DNA from: Desulfocapsa sulfexigens DSM 10523
Lineage (GTDB): Bacteria > Desulfobacterota > Desulfobulbia > Desulfobulbales > Desulfocapsaceae
Direction: 5' to 3'
DNA: 32,000 nucleotides
Assembly (NCBI RefSeq): GCF_000341395.1
Contig: NC_020304.1
Coordinates: 3,900,001-3,932,000 of the forward strand
Shown: one piece after another, positions 10,291 through 18,402 of the stretch
How the letters are laid out: each line of letters begins with the position of its first letter
Position numbering within the stretch: position 1 is the first letter of the stretch
Notes under the pieces: model-generated
What the model saw: only the letters and a program-made list of their open reading frames with translations
The model's database searches: none
Told to the model about the DNA's origin: nothing
Made by a program: the position numbers and the translations under genes

Positions 10291-10461
10291 ATGAGATGCC
10301 GGAAATGCTCAGAAAAGCTGGAAGTACTTCGTCAATGTCGCCGTATTCGTTTACGTTGCACTGGCTGCAAACATGAGTACCGTATTCACGAGGTAGCCAG
10401 TGACCTGGATCCTGAAACAGAAAAAATCCTGGAACGTTACACTGTTCTTATCTACGATTAA
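10291..10461 (+). CDS. small zinc-ribbon-like protein (56 aa)
   Basis: Absent from the ORF track (probably below its length cutoff). ATG at 10291, TAA at 10459-10461: MRCRKCSEKLEVLRQCRRIRLRCTGCKHEYRIHEVASDLDPETEKILERYTVLIYD. Paired CxxC (CRKC...CTGC), starts 3 nt after the pyrE ORF ends. Confidence 0.7.
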   Translation: MRCRKCSEKLEVLRQCRRIRLRCTGCKHEYRIHEVASDLDPETEKILERYTVLIYD

Positions 10462-10667
10462 TTAGTATCATTGTTGACTTCTTAACTTTAGCAATGGCTG
10501 TTTTCACACGTTCAGGCGTACCAGAAGAAGACAAAGATAAGAAATTAGGTAATTATACCTATGGTAAAAATCTTAGAAGATGCTAAAATAATATTAGTAT
10601 TCAGGGAAAAAATCCCTGATCGAGAAAGTAAATAGTATTTCCTGCCCTGTAAGTGAGGTAGCCGGTA

Positions 10668-11162
10668 ATGTTGAGTGACCAGCAATATGGTATGAAGGTT
10701 CAGAAATCATTTGTAAAAACGAATGATACCGCCTCCATCCGCTGCCCTGAATGCGCTCTTGTGAAAAACATTGCCGTAGGTAAGTTTCGCAGTAACAGAC
10801 ACACCCTTAAAACCCGGTGTAGCTGTGGAAACACTTTTCTGGTGGCCCTTGATTTCAGGAAACATTACCGAAAACCTACAAACATAATGGGTATGTACTC
10901 TCTCATAGGCTCTTCTTCCCGTGGTGGCGGCCAGATGCAGGTTAATAACATCTCCCGCAGCGGCCTTGCATTTTCCATCTCGGGACACCACTCCATAAAG
11001 ATTGGTCAGCAAGCGCTCCTTAATTTCAAACTGGACGACAAGAAACAGACCGAACTTACAAAAAAAGTAATCGTTAAAAATATCCGGGACAATAATATCG
11101 GATGTGAATTCCTGAATCAGAGCCAGATTGGTAAAGACCTGGGGTTTTATCTTCAGCCCTAA
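10668..11162 (+). CDS. PilZ domain protein with N-terminal zinc-ribbon-like Cys cluster
   Basis: RCPECALVKNIAVGKFRSNRHTLKTRCSCG (CxxC...CxC) followed by RKHYR (RxxxR) and NISRSG (NxSxxG), the c-di-GMP-binding signatures of PilZ. Confidence 0.82.
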   Translation: MLSDQQYGMKVQKSFVKTNDTASIRCPECALVKNIAVGKFRSNRHTLKTRCSCGNTFLVALDFRKHYRKPTNIMGMYSLIGSSSRGGGQMQVNNISRSGLAFSISGHHSIKIGQQALLNFKLDDKKQTELTKKVIVKNIRDNNIGCEFLNQSQIGKDLGFYLQP

Positions 11163-11187
11163 AAACTTTTATTTTTCTAATAGAATA

Positions 11188-12825
11188 TCAGTCTTGCAGG
11201 ATCTTCCCCATCATCCCCTGGGCCTTCTCTAAAAATGGCGTCAGGGTTTCAATCTGTAGGGCACTGACAACAACTCCTTCTCTTGCCACATCTGCCAGTA
11301 ACATTTCATCGTTTTCAACCTGATCAGCTTTATTGAAAAGTTTCAAACAGGGAATGGTATTCAAATCAAGTTCCTGTAGTAAATCATCCACCACCTTCAT
11401 CTGCTCACGGAAGCAGGGGTTGGACAGATCAATTACATGGACGAGCAGATCAGCTTCCTCAAGTTCCTCAAGGGTTGCTTTAAAGGCCTGAAGGAGTTCA
11501 GCCGGGAGCTGTCGAATAAAACCAACGGTATCAGTGATAACAACTTCCATATCTCGCGGAAAACGTAGACGACGGCTGGTGGGGTCGAGCGTTGCAAAAA
11601 GCTTATCTTCAGCCACAATATTACTCTGGGTCAAGGTATTGAGCAGTGTGGATTTTCCGGCATTTGTATAGCCAACCAGAGAGAGCACCGGCAAATCCTT
11701 CTTCCTGCGTCTTGAGCGGCGCCGATAGCGCTCCCTGCTCACCGTCTTGAGTTCTTTGGCAAGTCTTGCCAGTCGATCATTAATGCGCCGCCTATCAATC
11801 TCAAGTTTTGTTTCACCGGGCCCTCTGGCTCCAATCCCGCCGGTCAAGCGAGAAAGTGCATCGTCACGGGAAGAGAGCCTTGGTAGCATATATTTCAACT
11901 GAGCCATCTCCACCTGCAACTTCCCTTCACGGCTCAATGCCCGATGAGCGAAGATATCGAGAATCAGTTGAGTTCTGTCTATGACCCGAAGCTCAGTGTA
12001 ATCGGTAATGGATCGGATCTGGGAGGGATTCAGTTCCTGATCAAAAATAAGAAGATTGGCATTAAGCTGCAATGCCTGGATCATTATATCTGCGAGCTTT
12101 CCCTTACCAAGAATAAAGCGGGGATTTATTTTTCGTCGCTGTTGCAGAACCCGCTCCAGCACAACAACATTGTCGGACCGTGAAAGTTCCGACAATTCAC
12201 GCATGGACTCTTCAGCCCGAATTTTAGACAGGTTGCTCACACTCACTAAAATTGCACGATCCTGCCCACTTTCAACTTCCTCTGATGACGTTTTTCTGGT
12301 GAATTCTCCCTCGAGTGCATGAATAAACTCTTCAAAGGAATCTTTTTGGTTGGCAGGATGAACCGGTGGCAGAAAAGCCCAGTTTTTCCCTTCACGGGAA
12401 TCAGGAAGGAGATGTACTGAATACAATCGTTCGGGCAGACCATCCGACGCCACCTTGATAACAGACAGCATATCAAGGCGGAGAAAGAGAAGATCCATCA
12501 AGTCCTCATCACTGATGTCTTCCCGGGCCAGATGAGTATGAACAAGACGCAGCCCCTTAAGACGGCCCCGGCTGCGGATATGGGAGAGCTGAGGAATCAT
12601 TATTCCTTTAAAATCACCAACAACCACAGCTTCAACTTTTCCGGAACGCTGCAAAAGCAGGCCGATCTGTCTGTTCAGTTCAAAAGACAGTTGACAGAGA
12701 GAGCGTGCCATCTCGGGACCGATTATGTCGTCCCTGCCGCTCCGTTTTCCACCAAGACGCTCCAGCTGTTTGAGCTGGTTTGTTTTCAATCCGGAAGTGT
12801 TCCCGCTGACAAGTGCTATAGCCAA
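11188..12825 (-). CDS. hflX: GTPase HflX (long form with N-terminal extension)
   Basis: NPRFILGKGKL...LIFDQELNPSQIRSI...DRTQLILDIFAHRALSREGKLQVEMAQLKYMLPRL...LTGGIGARGPGETKLEIDRRRI...VGYTNAGKSTLLNTL...TDTVGFIRQLP...NKAD. Confidence 0.96.
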   Translation of the reverse strand: MAIALVSGNTSGLKTNQLKQLERLGGKRSGRDDIIGPEMARSLCQLSFELNRQIGLLLQRSGKVEAVVVGDFKGIMIPQLSHIRSRGRLKGLRLVHTHLAREDISDEDLMDLLFLRLDMLSVIKVASDGLPERLYSVHLLPDSREGKNWAFLPPVHPANQKDSFEEFIHALEGEFTRKTSSEEVESGQDRAILVSVSNLSKIRAEESMRELSELSRSDNVVVLERVLQQRRKINPRFILGKGKLADIMIQALQLNANLLIFDQELNPSQIRSITDYTELRVIDRTQLILDIFAHRALSREGKLQVEMAQLKYMLPRLSSRDDALSRLTGGIGARGPGETKLEIDRRRINDRLARLAKELKTVSRERYRRRSRRRKKDLPVLSLVGYTNAGKSTLLNTLTQSNIVAEDKLFATLDPTSRRLRFPRDMEVVITDTVGFIRQLPAELLQAFKATLEELEEADLLVHVIDLSNPCFREQMKVVDDLLQELDLNTIPCLKLFNKADQVENDEMLLADVAREGVVVSALQIETLTPFLEKAQGMMGKILQD

Positions 12826-12922
12826 CCCTCCAGATTATTCATACTTTCAGACAGAAGCTCAGGGAATGCAGTAAAACCGGATCCACAAGGGTACAACTCA
12901 CAGTAAATATTATTCACCCCCG

Positions 12923-14227
12923 TTAACTTTCCAGATACTGATGAATAGCGATGGCAATGGTTTCAAACACTTCACGAAAAACTGCCTCATCACGTTCAAG
13001 CAAAGTAACTCGGAACCCCTGAAGGTCGGTGGCGAAAGAGGTAAGAGGGACAACACAAACGCCCGTTGCACCCAGCAGGTAGTAGACAAACCGTTTATCA
13101 AGGGAGGTTCCCTCCGGACTGACTAGGGACTCCACCATAGCACGAACTTCCTTATTGTCTATTACCAGAGTCTGATCATGGGTCAATGCACCGCTTTCAA
13201 AACAGACACTCATATAAAAAGCACCATTAGGACGATTCACCAGTACACCTTTAACATCCTTTAAACAGTCATGGGCAATATTTGAAAATTTTTCATAGCG
13301 GGCAATGCGCTCTTGTAAATAGCCCTGATACTTTGGATGCTGAACCACCTTGGGGAAGACCACCTGAGGCAGGGTGGTAGAGCAAACCTCCACCATTTTG
13401 GCATTCAAAATGGACTGAATATATTTTGCAAACATGGGGTCTTTATCCCCGTTATATACTTCAATCCAACCGCAACGAGAACCTGGCCAGGGCATTTCCT
13501 TAGAGATACCACGCATGGCAATGGCAGGGACATCCCCAATCACATCAGATAGAGGAGAGGTGGACGTGCCATTATAAACGATATTATGATAAACCTCGTC
13601 ACAGACGATAAAAAGATTATATCTCTTGGCAAGTTCAACAATGGACTCAAGAATATGAGTAGGGTACACTGCTCCAGTGGGATTATCAGGATTGATGATC
13701 AGGATTCCAGCAACTGCTGGATTGTACTTGATCGATTTTTCCAGATCATCCAGATCGGGATACCAGTGATGATTGGGATCGAGAATGTAGGTCAGTGGTT
13801 TATCACCTGCATGGGCGGCTTCTGCGGATGAATGTGTAGTATAACTTGGGGTTGGCACCAGCACCCGAGCGGTTCTTTTCAGAAACCCGAAAATTTTTGA
13901 AATAGCATCCCCCAGACCATTGAAGAAGAGAATGTCATCGGGAGTAATCTGCGCTCCGCCACGTTTATTGGTTTCCGCGGCAATAAATTCACGGGTACTC
14001 AACACACCCCTAGTCGGGCAATAGCCATAGGTCAGATCCTGCATAACGGCGTCAGCAACAATCTCTTTCATCCAGGAAGGTATTTTCTCCCCCTTTGCAA
14101 TAGGGTCGCCTATGTTTTCCCAGTTTGTCGTCAGGCCAAGCTTCTCCAGTTTATTTCCGACATTCACGATATTGCGAATCTCGTAGGTCAGTTCACCTGC
14201 ACCAATATGGACTATATCTGTCCTCAT
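12923..14227 (-). CDS. pyridoxal-phosphate-dependent aminotransferase class I/II
   Basis: MRTDIVHIGAGELTYEIRNIV...IGDPIAKGEKIP...YGYCPTRGVLSTREFIA...INPDNPTGAVY...VCDEVYHNIVYNG...RGISKEMPWPGSRCGW. Track ORF begins at 14305; MRTDIV is the likely start. Confidence 0.88.
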   Translation of the reverse strand: MRTDIVHIGAGELTYEIRNIVNVGNKLEKLGLTTNWENIGDPIAKGEKIPSWMKEIVADAVMQDLTYGYCPTRGVLSTREFIAAETNKRGGAQITPDDILFFNGLGDAISKIFGFLKRTARVLVPTPSYTTHSSAEAAHAGDKPLTYILDPNHHWYPDLDDLEKSIKYNPAVAGILIINPDNPTGAVYPTHILESIVELAKRYNLFIVCDEVYHNIVYNGTSTSPLSDVIGDVPAIAMRGISKEMPWPGSRCGWIEVYNGDKDPMFAKYIQSILNAKMVEVCSTTLPQVVFPKVVQHPKYQGYLQERIARYEKFSNIAHDCLKDVKGVLVNRPNGAFYMSVCFESGALTHDQTLVIDNKEVRAMVESLVSPEGTSLDKRFVYYLLGATGVCVVPLTSFATDLQGFRVTLLERDEAVFREVFETIAIAIHQYLES

Positions 14228-14444
14228 TTTACTTACTCCGTTTGTGTATATACTGAAGTTTTTTTTTGGTCTAAGACGCCCCCACAGGAAGTACCCCTGG
14301 GGCACTGAAGAAGAAGAAAAAAAAACGAAAATCCTGCTTTTCCACCCACAGTTTAGTTCACACTTCAGCCTGTCTCAATACCACAGCCATCAGCCATAGT
14401 CAACAGGGGCTGCAAACTGTCATTTTCTTGTCACTTTCCTGTCA

Positions 14445-15797
14445 TCATTCAGAATACTTATGTAACTTATTCTGTAGAGTCTTACGGGTAACTCCAAGCC
14501 TCCTTGCGGCTTCACTTTTATTGCCGTCGGTCTCTTCAAGGGTTCTTAAGATCAAAACCTTTTCCTGTGCCTGAAGAGATGAGTCCTGTCCAACTTCTCT
14601 CTCACTCCTCCTCTCCCGCACCTGTTTCTGAATTGGTACGGGGAGACTTTTTTCAGTAAGGTATTCACCACGCATTAGAATAACCCCGCGCTCAATTGCG
14701 TTTTCAAGCTCCCGCACATTTCCGGGCCAGGAATAGCTGCACAGCAGTTCCATGCACTCCGAGGTGACTCCTGCAACCTCACGCCTGTTCTTTTCTGCAA
14801 ATTTACGGACAAAATGTTCGACCAGCGTGGGGATATCATCTCTTCGTTTGCGAAGCGGTGGAACAGTCACTGTCACCACGTTTAATCTGTAATAAAGGTC
14901 TTCACGGAAATTCCCATTATGAACCTCCTGTTCAAGGTCCCGATTGGTGGCAGCAATAATCCTGGCATCGGTACGAATCGTCTCTTCACCACCAACCCGC
15001 TGCAATTCATGCTCCTGCAACACACGCAACATCTTCACCTGCATGGCCTGGGAAGTTTCGCCAATCTCGTCAAGAAAAAGGGTTCCACCATCCGCCTGGA
15101 CAAACTTCCCTTCACGCTGTTTATCGGCCCCGGTAAATGCTCCTTTTTCATGACCAAAAAGTTCTGACTCAAGCAAACTCTCAGCAAGAGCGGCACAATT
15201 CACCTTTACAAAAGGTTTATCACGCCTCTCACTGTTATTATGCAACTCAGCTGCCACCAGCTCCTTTCCGGTACCAGACTCACCATTGATAAGGACAGTC
15301 GCTTCTGTGGGGGCCACATAGGAGATCATTTCGAGAAGTTCCCGCATTAAGAGAGAACTCCCGAGAATAGAGGAGGAATTTTCCTCAGGAATGCTCTTCT
15401 GCGCCACCTGTTTTCGCTCTTCGACCTGTTTCTTATCCACTGCCCGCTCAAGGGTCAGCCGGAGACGATCAAAATCAAGGGGTTTGGTCATATAATCATA
15501 GGCTCCATGCTTTATGGCTTCGACCGCCGCATCCACAGAAGAATACGCCGTCATGATAATAACGGGCAGAGCCGGATGAGTGGCGTGGATTTTAGCAAAG
15601 GCCTCCATGCCATCCATTCTGGCCATGCGCACATCCATAAGAACTGCGTCATAGGAAAACTTCTGAACGGCATCAACCGCAGTTTTACCATCATCTGCCT
15701 CCACACACTTCCAGCCCCACTCTTTAAACATGGAACAGAGCATGTAGCGATGCACCTGCTCGTCATCGACCACCAGAATGGTTACCTGTTTTGCCAA
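14445..15797 (-). CDS. sigma-54-dependent Fis-family response regulator (REC-AAA+-HTH, NtrC/AtoC/ZraR-like)
   Basis: REC (ILVVDDE...DAVLMDVRM...IIMTAY...TKPLD), Walker A GESGTGKE, GAFTGA sigma-54 contact loop, Walker B GGTLFLDEIGE, C-terminal HTH NKSEAARRLGVTRKTLQNKL. Confidence 0.95.
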   Translation of the reverse strand: MAKQVTILVVDDEQVHRYMLCSMFKEWGWKCVEADDGKTAVDAVQKFSYDAVLMDVRMARMDGMEAFAKIHATHPALPVIIMTAYSSVDAAVEAIKHGAYDYMTKPLDFDRLRLTLERAVDKKQVEERKQVAQKSIPEENSSSILGSSLLMRELLEMISYVAPTEATVLINGESGTGKELVAAELHNNSERRDKPFVKVNCAALAESLLESELFGHEKGAFTGADKQREGKFVQADGGTLFLDEIGETSQAMQVKMLRVLQEHELQRVGGEETIRTDARIIAATNRDLEQEVHNGNFREDLYYRLNVVTVTVPPLRKRRDDIPTLVEHFVRKFAEKNRREVAGVTSECMELLCSYSWPGNVRELENAIERGVILMRGEYLTEKSLPVPIQKQVRERRSEREVGQDSSLQAQEKVLILRTLEETDGNKSEAARRLGVTRKTLQNKLHKYSE

Positions 15798-15873
15798 AAC
15801 ACCTCTCCCGTACCATCATTTACAATCTTTACCACAACCGTATCCATCAGAGCACATATCAGAGAAAAAAGTT

Positions 15874-16449
15874 TCACGAAGCCATTTGTTTTAAGGCCCA
15901 TGCCATGTTCTGACCAAGCACTTTCATGGTGTTCATACCCTCTTCATCTTTGGCAACCTCTTCTTTCTCGCGCCCCATTCCAATGTTCCAGTAATTTGAG
16001 CCAATCACAATCATCTGTCCGATAAGGAAAAAATGATTCATGGTATCAAAAACATGTATAGCCCCGGCCCGTCTTGCAGCAACCACGGCGGCACCGAGCT
16101 TTCTCTTAAACATATCATCATTGGCACGACTCACCATGCCGCACCTGTCCATCAAGGCCTTCATCTCTGTTGAAACGTCCGCAAAATAGGTTGGAGAGCC
16201 AAGAAGAATGGCATCTGCCCCCTTCATCTTCTCAAGACAATCGTTGATACAGTCCTTTTCAACAGCACAGCGACCATCCTTCTTCTGAAAGCATTGATAA
16301 CAGGCGATACAACCGTTAATCTCAGTTCCTGCAAGCTGCACCAGCTCAGTTTCTATCCCTTCGGCCTCGAGTTCAGCCAAGGCAGTACGTAACAACAATG
16401 CTGTATTTCCATTCTTTCTGGCACTTCCACTAAAGGCGACTACTTTCAT
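15874..16449 (-). CDS. flavodoxin-family / iron-sulfur flavoprotein-like NAD(P)H-dependent oxidoreductase
   Basis: MKVVAFSGSARKNGNTALLLRTALAELEAEGIETELVQLAGTEINGCIACYQCFQKKDGRCAV...AILLGSPTYFADVSTEMKALMDR; FMN-reductase fold with CX2CX2CX7C cluster motif. Track ORF starts upstream at 16479. Confidence 0.87.
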   Translation of the reverse strand: MKVVAFSGSARKNGNTALLLRTALAELEAEGIETELVQLAGTEINGCIACYQCFQKKDGRCAVEKDCINDCLEKMKGADAILLGSPTYFADVSTEMKALMDRCGMVSRANDDMFKRKLGAAVVAARRAGAIHVFDTMNHFFLIGQMIVIGSNYWNIGMGREKEEVAKDEEGMNTMKVLGQNMAWALKQMAS

Positions 16450-16689
16450 AATTCCTCCAATAAACAATACATTTGTCATTTATTCCTGTTTACAACCTCA
16501 CCTTCCTCTTTTATACAGTATCTTGTGCCTTTTTTCCGAAATAATCCATAAAAAATTCCACTCAACGATAAGGTTTATAAAATACACAACAATTTATCTT
16601 TTCCCTTCATTTCTCCATTTTTTTTCGATATCATCAACTCAGTTTTTTTTCATCAATAAAGCATGTTATATTAGTGGTTCAGGAGCTCC

Positions 16690-18402
16690 ATGGCAGGAAA
16701 AAACAGAATAACAAAAATTCCAGCTGATACATTGGTAAATAAAAACAGCAACAGATTTTACCTGATGCTGTCGACGCTTGTCATCAACCTGCTGGCTCTG
16801 GCAATGCCTATTATGATGCTGCAGACCTATGACCGTATCCTTCCAAGTCACGGAATAGGTACCCTGGTGTTACTCATCTCAGGAGTTGCCTGTGCGGTAA
16901 CGCTTGAAGTCGGCCTTCGTCTGGCACGATCATATCTCACCGGCTGGTCCGGGGCAGTTTTTGAACATAAAACTGCTTGCGCCGCCATGTCTCACCTGCT
17001 CAATGCCAATGTTCAGGCATTTGAAAAACAGGGTGCAGGAGCGTACATCCAAAAGATGGCGGCAATCACCAGATTGCGAAGTTTCTACTCCGGCCAGGCA
17101 CTGATGACCATGGTGGACCTTCCCTTTGTTATAACTTTTCTTGTCCTGATTGGCTATATCGGAGGAGATCTGGTTTTTGTACCACTCACTCTGTTTATTC
17201 TTTTCTGCATTATATCCTGGATTGTGGGAATACGCCTCAAACAGGAGGTAAAAGAACAGGACTTCAGCGACAAGATCCGCTACAACTTTCTCATAGAGAC
17301 CCTGACCGGTATTCACTCCATAAAGAGTCAGGGGCTTGAAAAATTCTTTTTCCGCCGTAACGATCGTCTTCAAAATCGTATCTCGGCTGCTCACTTTCAA
17401 GTTGCACTTTCCAATAATATCGCCATGAGCTCGGGAATGCTGTTTGGCCAAATCATGACCGTATCGGTTGTATCTTACGGGGCGATCAAGGTTTTGAACG
17501 GTGACATGGGAACCGGTGGTCTTGCCGCCTGTCTCCTGCTGTCTGGAAGAGTCATGCAACCCGTGCAGAGGGCATTGGGGCTATGGACCAGATTTCAAAG
17601 CTTTTTTATCGACAAAAAAGAACTGGAAGATATTTTTGCCCTCCCAGGATCGTCCTACGGTGACACTGAAACAGTGATGCAGCCCACGGGCCTTGTCAGC
17701 TGTAGAAACCTCAGTTTTTCTTACGGAGAAAAAAGCTCTCTTCTCTTCGACGACATCAACCTCTCGCTGCGAACGGGCCAGTCCATATCTCTTATTGGAG
17801 AGCAGGGTTCGGGCAGAACAACATTTATCAACCTTCTCACCGGCTTGTACAAACCGACAGAGGGGCAAATCACCATCGATGGAGCAAATCCATCACAGGT
17901 TTCTCCTGTACAGCTTGCCTCACATATTGGATATCTCCCGGAAAAAGGAGCTATTTTCCACGGAACGATCATGGAGAATCTTACTTTTTTTGGAACAATA
18001 CCTGAAAAGGACGCCCTGAAAGCTGCCGAGCATCTTGAAGTGAGCGAAGCGGTGGCACTTTTACCGAATGGATATAAAACAGTACTCAGCGATTCCGTAA
18101 CCGACCCCATTCCTCCAGGCCTCAAACAACGAATCTCAATAGCACGCGCTCTCGCCACAAGGCCCCGGATTATTCTGTTCAACAACGCCGACAGAAATCT
18201 TGACCGCTCCGGCTACAACCTGGTCTTCAGGATACTCGGGCGCCTCAAAAAAAACACCGTCCTTATCATCATTTCCGATGATCGCAATATCCTTCGACTG
18301 GCAGACAAGGAATACTACATCGTCAACGGAAAACTAGAGGAGAACGCTCCTGTTGACTCCAAACTCTTCTCGGTTCTGCCATTCAGAGAGTTACGGGCAT
18401 GA
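16690..18402 (+). CDS. type I secretion ABC permease/ATPase, subunit 1 (nucleotide-binding domain with degenerate catalytic motifs)
   Basis: Transmembrane half (FYLMLSTLVINLLALAMPIMMLQTYDRILPSHGIGTL..., PrtD/HlyB/LapB-like) plus NBD: Walker A GEQGSGRTT, signature position IPPGLKQR, Walker B position IILFNNADRNLD, H-loop position ISDD. Confidence 0.9.
   Translation: MAGKNRITKIPADTLVNKNSNRFYLMLSTLVINLLALAMPIMMLQTYDRILPSHGIGTLVLLISGVACAVTLEVGLRLARSYLTGWSGAVFEHKTACAAMSHLLNANVQAFEKQGAGAYIQKMAAITRLRSFYSGQALMTMVDLPFVITFLVLIGYIGGDLVFVPLTLFILFCIISWIVGIRLKQEVKEQDFSDKIRYNFLIETLTGIHSIKSQGLEKFFFRRNDRLQNRISAAHFQVALSNNIAMSSGMLFGQIMTVSVVSYGAIKVLNGDMGTGGLAACLLLSGRVMQPVQRALGLWTRFQSFFIDKKELEDIFALPGSSYGDTETVMQPTGLVSCRNLSFSYGEKSSLLFDDINLSLRTGQSISLIGEQGSGRTTFINLLTGLYKPTEGQITIDGANPSQVSPVQLASHIGYLPEKGAIFHGTIMENLTFFGTIPEKDALKAAEHLEVSEAVALLPNGYKTVLSDSVTDPIPPGLKQRISIARALATRPRIILFNNADRNLDRSGYNLVFRILGRLKKNTVLIIISDDRNILRLADKEYYIVNGKLEENAPVDSKLFSVLPFRELRA

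Noticed and set aside
10494-10586. 30-codon ORF MAVFTRSGVPEEDKDKKLGNYTYGKNLRRC between the zinc-ribbon ORF and the PilZ gene
   Set aside because: Very short, no clear Shine-Dalgarno, and no way to test conservation here. The dyads in the region are better explained as DNA/RNA elements.
16690-18402. Interpretation of the degenerate ABC gene as a pseudogene
   Set aside because: Frame is intact over 570 codons, the TM region looks complete, and the gene overlaps its partner by ATGA. Substitutions are concentrated in catalytic motifs, which fits a maintained non-catalytic subunit better. Orthologue comparison is still needed.
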